From the NCBI GenBank assembly GCA_041652815.1, contig JBAZGN010000001.1, positions 253,855 to 317,854 on the forward strand: DNA of 64,000 bases, given 5' to 3'. This DNA is from Candidatus Omnitrophota bacterium (GTDB lineage: Bacteria; Omnitrophota; Gorgyraeia; Duberdicusellales; 4484-171). Positions within the stretch are counted from its first letter, which is position 1. Every line of letters begins with the position of its first letter. The notes under the pieces were generated by a model, which was not told where the DNA came from, made no database searches, and saw nothing but the letters and a program-made list of their open reading frames with translations. Position numbers and translations under genes: made by a program. Positions 10,242 to 19,320 of the stretch are shown here, piece by piece.

Positions 10242-11066
10242 TTAATACGGCATCAACTCTGGTTTTTTGCATTTGTATTTTTTATAAGCCTCTATCCAAA
10301 CAGGGCTCATTTTTTCTTCGGTAACTATCTTTGCGCTAGGTAATGCCCATCCGCAAAATTTGCATAAAATCAGCATTTGGTCTTTCATAGAATCGTTAGG
10401 CGATGGCAACTTTTTTTTGCCGATATCGAGTCCAAAAACCCTGTCGATGCCGCCTCCTGGTGCGCATGGATAATAACCGTATTTTGTCAATCCGATCCCA
10501 CAACTTTCCAGATGCCTACAGCCGTTTGAATAATCTAAATACCTGTATTCCTTAAAATCAATTGGTGCGTTATTAAAACTAACAAACTGCTGTTTTTGAG
10601 ATAATTTATACGTATTTTTAACAATTATATCTTTTGGGACTCTGGCTAAAACATTATTGACCTCTTCTCCAAAGCCATTAGTAACAAGCTCAATGTTCGT
10701 CCGGGGAGAAAAATCATTTTTATACCTAACAAAAACATTTAATATCTCAAGTAATTCTGGGTGTAATGTAGGTTCTCCTCCTAATATGCGAATTCGTTTC
10801 CACTTCCTATTTTGTTCTATGCTTTCTTTGATAAATTTTCTTATTTGAGTAACAGTCATGCTATCGTCAGATGGGGCTTGGCTGCAAGACCTATCGCAAT
10901 TATAACATTTTAAATTGCACTTGTAAGTGATATCGATCTCAATAAGACAGTGATCTATTTTATGTAAAGGGCCTAAGATTTTTGTTAATAATTTCCCTCT
11001 TCTTACTTTGCATAATTTTGCAATAATATTTTTTATTTTTCCAAGAGTATTTGCCATAAATATCAA
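10242..11066 (-). CDS. Radical SAM protein with Cys-rich (SPASM-like) C-terminal region
   Basis: CNLKCYNC (CxxxCxxC) motif near the N-terminus; several additional Cys pairs C-terminally. Confidence 0.6.
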   Translation of the reverse strand: MIFMANTLGKIKNIIAKLCKVRRGKLLTKILGPLHKIDHCLIEIDITYKCNLKCYNCDRSCSQAPSDDSMTVTQIRKFIKESIEQNRKWKRIRILGGEPTLHPELLEILNVFVRYKNDFSPRTNIELVTNGFGEEVNNVLARVPKDIIVKNTYKLSQKQQFVSFNNAPIDFKEYRYLDYSNGCRHLESCGIGLTKYGYYPCAPGGGIDRVFGLDIGKKKLPSPNDSMKDQMLILCKFCGWALPSAKIVTEEKMSPVWIEAYKKYKCKKPELMPY

Positions 11067-11644
11067 TAAAAAGTTCTAGTCTTGTAAGCTATGCTGTCCC
11101 TAAATCTACTAAAATTTAGTTTTGGCTGGTGAAAAGCGAAGTAAACCGGGATCCTTCTCATAATAAGCCGAGTTAAACTTACCGTTTTCCTATGTTCTTA
11201 TTATAGCTGATTTATAGCCTTTAACAAGCAAATCCGTGCTTTTTAAAGATATAATTCCTTTAAAATAATCTCCATTTTATCTAGTATTTTTTTGTTCCGT
11301 AATAACCTAACTTTTAAAAAATTAAAAGTTGGGATTTGTCTAGTTCAAAACACCGAATAAAATTATTATATTAGAGCATCTGAGTATTATCACTAGTCTA
11401 TAGCCATACAAATTATATTGGAACAATATATATGATAAAATTTTTTAAACCGTCGGGGGATTGAATATACTATAATGGGATCGTGGGCCGCAGGGATACT
11501 GTCCTTCGGCTCCAAAAGCTATTACGCTAGGGTAGCCAAAACATATTTTTGCTTTTGATTTTACCTGCATATTACCGGTTTTTGGGATTTGGTTCGCACC
11601 CCTTCTCTCTTTTACGATTTAGGACTATCATGATGCTTAATGAC

Positions 11645-11708
11645 TTGGGATATAATGTTTCGGGTAGGAAGCTACACGGGCATTGCAGCCGCTGCAATCT
11701 TATTTGCT
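11645..11708. repeat. ~62-bp repeat, copy 1. Inverted partner lies at 14855..14918.
   Basis: ttgggatataatgtttcgggtaggaagctacacgggcattgcagccgctgcaatcttattt aligns to the reverse complement of 14855..14918 with 2-3 mismatches. It contains the near-palindrome gcagccgctgc. Confidence 0.8.
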
Positions 11709-11794
11709 ATTAATTTGTATCATAGACAAAACTCTTCTTCCAAATAAATATTCTTACCATTCTTTTTTGATTGGTTTTTACCCTCGGATTTTTT

Positions 11795-12709
11795 CTATAA
11801 TTTGCTAAAATCACAATTATCTGGATCATACCTCAACCTTAAATTAACATCGATTGAATCTATCATAGATATTTCCGCAGAACTAAGTTCAAAATCAAAA
11901 ATACAAATGTTTTCTTCCAGATGTTTAAAATTAGTAGATCGCGGAATTGGTATTATTCCATTTTGATAGTCCCACCTTAAAATAATTTGAGGAATTGATT
12001 TATTATATTTTTTAGATAGTTTTTTCAAGATATCATGGCGCACCAGTTTCTCGTGGTTACGACCTATCGGGGTGTATGCTTCCACCGCAATCCCCTTTGA
12101 TATACAATAAGCAATAAGCATTTTCTGAGTCATTAATGGGTGCACCTCAAACTGATTAACTGCTGGCACAACCGAAGCGTTTGCTAAAAGCATTTCCAAA
12201 TGATGTTGATGACAATTTGCAACGCCAATGCATCTTACTAGTCCTTCCTGATAAATAGCTTCCATCTGTTTCCATGTACTGATAAACACATCTGTTACGG
12301 GCCAGTGGAACATATACAAATCCACATAATCTACCCCTAATGCTCTCATTGATTCCAACAAAGAGTTTTTTATCCTGCCCGCCCATTGTTGTTGATTGCT
12401 TACTCTTGTGGTAATAAACAAATCCTCTCTTTTTATGCCGCTTAGCTTAATGCCCCATTTAATAAACCTCTCATTTTCGTAAGCGGCAGAGGTATCAATA
12501 GCGCGGTATCCCATTTTTATTGCTTTAGCTATGGTTAGTGAAAACTTTAAAGCAAGAAATTTATAATATACTCCATTATAAAAAGCCCGGATTAGCCGGT
12601 TAAAAAATCGCCCACCCCACTGCGGAGGTCTTTTGTCATATAATGGATGGGCTGTTCCAAGAACAATAGGTGGTATCTCAACTCCATTATTAAGAATTAT
12701 CTTTTTCAT
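11795..12709 (-). CDS. Aldo/keto reductase
   Basis: 304 aa; AKR motifs (YRAIDTSAAYENE..., LYMFHWP, VNQFEVHPL). Confidence 0.8.
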   Translation of the reverse strand: MKKIILNNGVEIPPIVLGTAHPLYDKRPPQWGGRFFNRLIRAFYNGVYYKFLALKFSLTIAKAIKMGYRAIDTSAAYENERFIKWGIKLSGIKREDLFITTRVSNQQQWAGRIKNSLLESMRALGVDYVDLYMFHWPVTDVFISTWKQMEAIYQEGLVRCIGVANCHQHHLEMLLANASVVPAVNQFEVHPLMTQKMLIAYCISKGIAVEAYTPIGRNHEKLVRHDILKKLSKKYNKSIPQIILRWDYQNGIIPIPRSTNFKHLEENICIFDFELSSAEISMIDSIDVNLRLRYDPDNCDFSKL

Positions 12710-12727
12710 TTATTGTGTTACTTATGA

Positions 12728-14545
12728 CTAAACTTTCCACTCAATATCCTCATTTATCGACATAGCAGGAGAACCAGCTACCAGTGTTTTTGGAGGCACT
12801 TTTGTTTTTGAGATTACCAACGACCGTGCGGCAACAACAGAGCCATCACCAATTTCTACTCCTTTTGAAATCATAGCCCCTTCACATATCCAGCAATGAT
12901 TCCCAATCTTTATTGGAGCTGATACTTTATAGTTTTCTTTAATAATATAATGCGCATCATAGTCACGAATAACAACACCCCGCCCGATAAGGGTCCCTTT
13001 GCCAATAAATATATAATTTGCACAAACTATCTGAAGATTGATATTGCAAACGCCTCCTTCCAAGATCAGTTTTCCTCCTTTGAAAAGTTGAATATCGGCG
13101 CCTGCATATAACGTAAAATCATCATTAATATCTAGTATTGTTCCTTTTTCTAGCCTTATTCTTGTTTCTAATTTAGACCCTTTTACCTTTTTATATCCAA
13201 CGTAAAAATGGCCTTGAATGTTTAATTTTGCCTCGGGATGGATATCAAAAACGCAATAAGTTGTAGGGATTATAACCTGCCCTTTTAATAGGTTGCAGCT
13301 TGAATTCTTTCGCAGGAAATTTATCCATATGAACTGGTACCAAACTTTGGGATGAGGCCCCATTTTATAAAATAAGTCTGTCGCTTTTCTAGCAATATTC
13401 TTTACTTTGCTTAGCATTGACCTAATTTGGTTCCTTTTGTATGGAAAATACTTTTTCGCTACCTTGCGATAAGGCATCTTTTCTATATCGGAAAAAAAAT
13501 CATCTCTATTAATTGCTGGAACTGGCAAGGAGTTTAGCAAATGAGCATTCCCTGGTTTAACATCATCTATACACACTTGGCAATAAATAATTTCATTCTT
13601 GATGGTCTCGAAGTAAGCCGCACCTTTCGATGAGTTACACATAACAAGTGACGTCCCCGTGTCATTGTCAAGTGAAGGGGCAATCTTTTCTACACCCCAA
13701 AAATCGGCTAATGTAATATCTGCTATGCGAGGAAGTTTTTTATAGTTACATTCATAACACGATGGACGGCAATAGATACCTGATCGCAAATAGCCTCTAG
13801 TAAAGTTATCAACTTCACCATCCCCATAATACTTTTTCCCGTTTTCAAAAATAGCTTTAAATGTCAGCTTGCGCCAGCCAAACTCTTTATTCTTTGCTTT
13901 TACATAAACAACCTTTGAGTTAAACTGCTGCTCTAGTGAATCGAGGTGTTTTCTGAATACTTTAGGAGAATTAATGCCCCGGCAAATAAAATCACAAGTA
14001 ATTAGATTATCGTAATCCTTTCCTAGATAAAGATGCAAAGCTGCCATTTGACAAGGGCTACCGCAGGCTAATACCTTTTTCCCCTTGACAAGGATTTTTT
14101 TTACCTCTTTATAGAGGCCTGTACAAAGACTCTGGAGATATTTAGAGCCCCTTATTTTTACCAAATCCTCGCCCCTGTTAGATACGATATGACGCACAGA
14201 GAAATCTTCATTATAAATAGCTCCGGCAACATACCCTCCAACATCATACATTTTGTTTGCTAAAGCAGAGAATACGCCCCCGCTGGTGCTATCTAACCGA
14301 ATATCTTGCTCTTTATGATAAGCGGCAAAACATAAAGGAATTTCTTTGTTGGTCTTATTTACCTTGTCTGCATACATTCCCGGACAAGTTTTCTCGCATA
14401 ATCCACAATCAGTACAAAGGTTTTTATTTACCTCTGGATACCAAAATCCTTCGTGGTCTATCTTAAGAGTAATTGCATTTTGACCACAAATGTCAACACA
14501 AGCACAGCATCCGGTACAATCCTTCTTGTTAATGATATACATCAT
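12728..14545 (-). CDS. Three-part fusion protein: 2x[4Fe-4S] ferredoxin N-terminus, FrhB-like (coenzyme F420 hydrogenase/dehydrogenase beta-subunit family) core, and C-terminal hexapeptide-repeat (LbH) acetyltransferase domain
   Basis: CTGCCACVDIC and CTDCGLCEKTCPG motifs; SGGVFSALANK and GSPCQMAALHLYL (FrhB-type); C-terminal GKGTLIGRGVVIRDY...IGNHCWICEGAMISKGVEIGDGSVVAARSLV hexapeptide repeats. Confidence 0.65.
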   Translation of the reverse strand: MMYIINKKDCTGCCACVDICGQNAITLKIDHEGFWYPEVNKNLCTDCGLCEKTCPGMYADKVNKTNKEIPLCFAAYHKEQDIRLDSTSGGVFSALANKMYDVGGYVAGAIYNEDFSVRHIVSNRGEDLVKIRGSKYLQSLCTGLYKEVKKILVKGKKVLACGSPCQMAALHLYLGKDYDNLITCDFICRGINSPKVFRKHLDSLEQQFNSKVVYVKAKNKEFGWRKLTFKAIFENGKKYYGDGEVDNFTRGYLRSGIYCRPSCYECNYKKLPRIADITLADFWGVEKIAPSLDNDTGTSLVMCNSSKGAAYFETIKNEIIYCQVCIDDVKPGNAHLLNSLPVPAINRDDFFSDIEKMPYRKVAKKYFPYKRNQIRSMLSKVKNIARKATDLFYKMGPHPKVWYQFIWINFLRKNSSCNLLKGQVIIPTTYCVFDIHPEAKLNIQGHFYVGYKKVKGSKLETRIRLEKGTILDINDDFTLYAGADIQLFKGGKLILEGGVCNINLQIVCANYIFIGKGTLIGRGVVIRDYDAHYIIKENYKVSAPIKIGNHCWICEGAMISKGVEIGDGSVVAARSLVISKTKVPPKTLVAGSPAMSINEDIEWKV

Positions 14546-14569
14546 CTTATTAGATATTTCACTTTCAAA

Positions 14570-14785
14570 TTAAACCTTTAGCACACACCCACCCCAGTAA
14601 TAACCTACATCAAAACCGGTTGTTAACACAGTCATTTTTTCATTAATTCCCTTATTTATTAATAACTCTTTTAGTGAAATATTGAATATTTCAGCCCCGT
14701 TCATATAAAGATGATCCGATGAAAATAAAGTCCTACTATCATCTATAACAGCGCCCCCGGTAATTTTTTTTACGACGGCAACCAC
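14570..14785 (-). pseudogene. Probable C-terminal remnant of an SDR paralog
   Basis: Ends ...VLTTGFDVGYYWGGCVLKV, resembling the C-terminus of the 15135..16001 SDR (...IVGQTIICDGGYTLKV). Confidence 0.3.
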
Positions 14786-14854
14786 CTATCTGAATAATTA
14801 AGTTTTCAGCACCACTGCCATCTGTCCCCAATAAAAATTGCCCACTTCAGCAAT

Positions 14855-14918
14855 GCCCTCTCTGGAAATTAGGATTGCAGCGGCTGCAATGCCTGTGTAG
14901 CTTCCTACCCGAAACATT
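14855..14918. repeat. ~62-bp repeat, copy 2 (inverted relative to 11645..11708)
   Basis: Reverse complement is ttgggatataatgtttcgggtaggaagctacacaggcattgcagccgctgcaatcctaattt. Confidence 0.8.
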
Positions 14919-15134
14919 ATATCCCAATGAATACCGATCAGAAGATAGAAAAGCATTCTTTGAAAGCATCGATAAATAACTATTCGAAGCTGTTGTAAAG
15001 AAATATTTTCCACTGCCTAGTTTTATTTCTTTCATAAATAACCTCTTAATTTTTTATGCCGCTTTATTCTTTTTCGCATTCTTTTTTGCCATTTCCATAT
15101 CGAAATTTCTTTGCTCACTATCTGCTTGAAAATG

Positions 15135-16001
15135 TTAAACTTTAAGCGTATATCCACCATCGCAAATAATTGTTTGCCCAACAATATAATTTGCCGCATC
15201 ACTCATCAGAAAAACGGTTAACTCGGCAATCTCTTCAGGGAGAGCGACCCGCCGGCTTGGAGGGCACCACTCGAAGTATGCGTTGTCATTCGCATCTATT
15301 CCGGCTATATTTGTATCAGTCACTCCAGGAGCGACACCATTAACAATAATCCCGTGAGGCAATAACGTAAGTCCTAACCCGCGGGTTAGCCCGACCAATC
15401 CCCACTTCGACATACCATAGGGTCCATCCAGCACGCCCAGGAAACCGCGCATTGATGAAATATTAATAATTTTTCCGCCTTGTTTTTCTCTGATCCAAAG
15501 CCGACTCACCGCCTGAGTAAGGAAAACAAGCCCTTTTGCATTAACCGCAGAAATGTCATCCCACGTTTTTTCAGTTAAATCTAAAAAGCATTTTTCTCTA
15601 GAAAGAATCCCAGCATTATTCACTAAAATATCCAGCTTCCCACCGGCCAATGCCACTGCTTTTAGCAACTGTTCTTCCGCTTGATCGACTGCGCTGACAT
15701 CCCAATTCAAGGTTTTCAAAGAGGGGTGATGGATCTCAACGGCAACTGTTTCCAATTTTTGAGCATTTCTTCCCGTAATAACGACTTGAGCGCCTTCCGA
15801 TAAACATTTTTTCGCAATGGCCAGTCCGATTCCACTACTCCCGCCGGTCACCAGCACGCTCTTGCCTTTCAAGATCCCGCCATAATTGATTTGCGCGACA
15901 TGGATCGTTGCTACACCACCATCCCGCCAGCATTTCCGAACGGCTTTTGCCGTACGGATGGAACGGGATATTAACCGAATTATTTTTGATACTATCTTCA
16001 T
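15135..16001 (-). CDS. Short-chain dehydrogenase/reductase (SDR) family oxidoreductase
   Basis: VLVTGGSSGIGLAIAKK (TGxxxGxG); NNAG; catalytic YGMSK (YxxxK). Confidence 0.8.
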   Translation of the reverse strand: MKIVSKIIRLISRSIRTAKAVRKCWRDGGVATIHVAQINYGGILKGKSVLVTGGSSGIGLAIAKKCLSEGAQVVITGRNAQKLETVAVEIHHPSLKTLNWDVSAVDQAEEQLLKAVALAGGKLDILVNNAGILSREKCFLDLTEKTWDDISAVNAKGLVFLTQAVSRLWIREKQGGKIINISSMRGFLGVLDGPYGMSKWGLVGLTRGLGLTLLPHGIIVNGVAPGVTDTNIAGIDANDNAYFEWCPPSRRVALPEEIAELTVFLMSDAANYIVGQTIICDGGYTLKV

Positions 16002-16073
16002 TTATCATTCCCCCTTGCATAAACACTTTTGCCGTACCAGCCAACGAACGCGCCAGACATATCGGGCTAAAAA

Positions 16074-17867
16074 TCACGTATCCGCGTACTTCTCGCCGCC
16101 TTTGCCTCCCCCCATAAGTTTTCTAATCTTTTTAACACCAGACTCTCCCAATATGTCTTTGATGCCTTCCTTCAACTTGTTTTTAACACTCAGCTCCGCG
16201 CCTGACTTCGCATTTGCCTTATATAAGGCGTGGATCGCGTCCGCATCTGTTTGTGTGTCCGTAAACACCTCAAAAACGACTGGCCTCTCTGATTCCCTGA
16301 CAAAAAAAGCATCAAGCTGAGATAGATATTCTTTTTCACTTTCTGCAGACAGATATTTAAAACCCAAAGACTCAACCCATCCTTGAACTCTCACATCATG
16401 TTTAGCAGCCGTATGCAAATCCAGGTTTGGCGAGTTTTTCTTACCTGTGTTTATATAAAACTCACTCCCGCCCCTATTGTTTACCAGCAATATCCTCACA
16501 TTGCTCTTAATATGTTTTATTCTGACACTGTTCATGTCATACAAAAAGCTAAGGTCACCAACCACAAGGAAAGACAACTTATCCGAAACGACCGATTGCC
16601 CCAAAAAAGTCGACATGCTTCCATCAATACCGTGAGCACCCAGATTTGCATATGTTTTTACGTTTTTCGGGATATCGAAATAATTACAAATTCTTATGCT
16701 GTTCAATATACTCAAATGAAGAATCGAGTTGTCCGGAACACGGCCAGCAAATTCTTTTATAACGGAGTATGCCGAAAAAGGCATTTCAGGAAAAATCAAC
16801 TGGCTCACTTGTTGTTTCCACTGCTCATAATAACCCATATCATTCTTCGCATCCTCACCGGCATTGCCTACAAAGAATTTGAAAAATTCGGAAGAAGTGC
16901 ACTCATAAATGTCTGTAAGGTTTTTAAACACATCAACAATGGATCCATCCTCGTTAACCAACCAATGCTTTACTTTCTTTGACCGAAATTTGGCTTTAAA
17001 TCCATTGGCAATAAAGTTCCCTCCAAATGAAATTAAGATATCCGGCGTTAATTCGTCGAGCTTGTCCGCTGAAATGGTTTCCGCAGCAAGAAACAGCTTC
17101 AGATTGCCCGAGCAATTCAGATTTGACATGTGGTCTGTCGCAATTACGCAGTTGTACTTAGAAAAGAATTCCTCAATATATACTTCTTCTTCCGGGTTTA
17201 AATTCCAGCGTTGCCCGCACACAACTAATATTTTTTTCGTTGATTTCAGTTCGCTTATTTTCCGGCGGCATAATTCAGTGTTTTTAGACAGCCCAATTCT
17301 TCTTATCGCTTTAACCGTAGGTAGGCATGGCTCTGAAAAACTTTTTTCGTGGGAAACAATCGGAATGTTAATATGAACTGGCCCTTTCCCCCTGTGCTCC
17401 AGCTCCAACAGAGCTTCATTTACCAACCTCTCACAATACCAGAAATCCTCATCATTTCTCACAAGTGGAAGATTAACCTGCTTTTTCACCACATCAGCAT
17501 ACATACCAAATTGTTTTATCTGCTGATCTTCCATTTGCCCTAGCAGATATGGATCTCTATCCCCCGTTAATATCAAAAGAGGGACTTTCTGATAAAATGC
17601 CTCTGTTACAGCTGAAAGATAATTGGCAGTAGCGGTAGCCGAGGTACACGATATCCCAACAGGGCGATTTAATTCCTGAGCCAAGCCCATCGCAAAAAAA
17701 GCCGCGCTTCGCTCATCCACAACCGAGTAGCATGTGAAAAAAGGATCATTTTCAACGGAATAAACAAAAGGGACATTTCGGGTTCCAGGGGATAGAACAA
17801 AATGGGTTATGCCGTACTCTTTCAACAATGCAATCAATATCTGAACATTTTTTTTGGATGTATACAT
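16074..17867 (-). CDS. Thiamine-diphosphate-dependent enzyme of the MenD (SEPHCHC synthase) family
   Basis: HFVLSPGTRNVPF...DERSAAFFAMGLAQELNRPVGISCTSATATANYLSAVTEAFYQKVPLLILTGDRDP closely parallels MenD N-terminal motifs (PGSRS, DERSAGFFALGLAK, TADRP). 597 aa with a GDLSFLYDMN-type ThDP/Mg region. No other men genes nearby. Confidence 0.6.
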   Translation of the reverse strand: MYTSKKNVQILIALLKEYGITHFVLSPGTRNVPFVYSVENDPFFTCYSVVDERSAAFFAMGLAQELNRPVGISCTSATATANYLSAVTEAFYQKVPLLILTGDRDPYLLGQMEDQQIKQFGMYADVVKKQVNLPLVRNDEDFWYCERLVNEALLELEHRGKGPVHINIPIVSHEKSFSEPCLPTVKAIRRIGLSKNTELCRRKISELKSTKKILVVCGQRWNLNPEEEVYIEEFFSKYNCVIATDHMSNLNCSGNLKLFLAAETISADKLDELTPDILISFGGNFIANGFKAKFRSKKVKHWLVNEDGSIVDVFKNLTDIYECTSSEFFKFFVGNAGEDAKNDMGYYEQWKQQVSQLIFPEMPFSAYSVIKEFAGRVPDNSILHLSILNSIRICNYFDIPKNVKTYANLGAHGIDGSMSTFLGQSVVSDKLSFLVVGDLSFLYDMNSVRIKHIKSNVRILLVNNRGGSEFYINTGKKNSPNLDLHTAAKHDVRVQGWVESLGFKYLSAESEKEYLSQLDAFFVRESERPVVFEVFTDTQTDADAIHALYKANAKSGAELSVKNKLKEGIKDILGESGVKKIRKLMGGGKGGEKYADT

Positions 17868-17879
17868 GCTCTTTCTCCC

Positions 17880-18180
17880 TCGTATATTACTGCTGTGTTA
17901 TTTATTATTATGTCGTGTTCGTATGGAGAACATAGATCATACGCATTCTTTTTTGCATTAATATCAAGTATTTCGGTAATAGTCCGCCTCGGTATTATTC
18001 TCATTAACAATAATATCGTGCGATGGAAACTTCATCCCAAGCCCACTAGTCAATCCTGCAACATTCCACTTCGTCCATACGATACGGGTAAGATACTCCT
18101 AAGAAGCCGGCCGTTGATGATATATTCAAGGCTCTACCGCCACGGCTATTTTTTATCCAACGATTACAAACCACTTGAGT
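17880..18180 (-). pseudogene. Frameshifted C-terminal fragment of an SDR paralog
   Basis: ...LTQVVCNRWIKNSRGGRALNISSTAGFLGVSYPYRM aligns to LTQAVSRLWIREKQGGKIINISSMRGFLGVLDGPYGM of the 15135..16001 SDR. A second frame gives DINAKKNAY vs GIDANDNAY. No N-terminal half is present. Confidence 0.4.
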
Positions 18181-18396
18181 TAAAAAAACAGCTATTTTGA
18201 ATTTAAAGAGGCTAAAAACAGCAAATACAATAGGCCCTGCCAGTTGGCGAAAATTCATATTCGCCATATCGAAAAGTCTTTTCAGTATAGAAAAGTTTAA
18301 ATAAACTCTTGTCTTTTTTGCTCTGTTTTTAACTCTGCGCATATTTTCATACGTTTTTTCCTGTATGCACATTTCTTTTTCGAAAATTTTTCCAGC

Positions 18397-19213
18397 GCTC
18401 AGCTCCAGCATCTCGCAATGCTATAGTTTGCTAAAATCACAAGCATCGGGATTGTGGCGAACTCTAAAACTTTCATTTAATCCATCTATTTGCCCATCTC
18501 TTCTTCTGATACTTCATAGTCGAAAACATTGATATTTTCCTGCAATCTTTTAACAGATGAGAACTTGGGGATTACTATGATACCGTGCTGGATATTCCAT
18601 CTAAGTATTACTTGCGGAACGGTTTTATTATGTCTATGTGCTATTTCAACCAACACTTTGTTTTTTATTAACTTTGGATGTATACGAGCAAGGAGGGAAA
18701 TATGCCTCTACACGAATACTCTTTGATACACAATACTCACATAATTCTTTTTGTAACAATAATGGGTGCAGCTCCACTTGGTTAACTGCTGGAATAATAG
18801 AAGCAATTTTCAATAACCTTTCTAAATGGAGTTGATGAAAATTACACACCCCAATAGCTTTAGCCATCCTTTCTTCATAAAGTTTTTCCATTTTCCCCCA
18901 ACAATCAAAAAAAGTTTCCGGGTTAGGCCAGTGTATCAAATATAAATCTATTGATTTTACACCAAGTCTTTTCATGCTATTTTGCAGAGCCAATCTAATA
19001 TTACCGGCTATTTGATCTCTATTGCTTAATTTTGTAGTAATAAACACAGTTAACGGGCACCCCCGGCGATAACAGAAAAATCTTACCGCATTCGTCGCGT
19101 CTAACATTATTAACATCCCATATTTGTAAACTCTCGTGACAAGCCAGACATTTTTTAAATATTCCTCTGCCATTGTAAACCATCATCTTCTTTTTATAAA
19201 ACAAGTACAGCAT
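18397..19213 (-). pseudogene. Aldo/keto reductase pseudogene, paralog of 11795..12709, broken by frameshifts
   Basis: 18646..19173 ORF aligns to the AKR from FITT..SN to EAY. The C-terminal tail VRHNPDACDFSKL* is found in another frame at 18397..18438 (vs LRYDPDNCDFSKL*). The N-terminal part is in yet another frame (19019..19213). Confidence 0.5.
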
Positions 19214-19320
19214 CTTTCATGATCTTTTATTCCTCTTTAAAAATTTATTATACCCCCTAAATTTATTAAAATAATCTTTTATGATATATAAAATTAGCTT
19301 TCACATAATATGTAATATCT

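Noticed and set aside
14798-15035. ORFs 14798..15013 and 14847..15035 as real genes
   Set aside because: Both are created by the 62-bp inverted-repeat copy and share frames with the other copy. More likely gene-fragment remnants than functional genes.
16383-17543. Plus-strand ORFs (199, 155, 64 aa) inside the MenD-like gene
   Set aside because: Antisense overlap with a strongly supported 597-aa ThDP enzyme; no recognisable domains.
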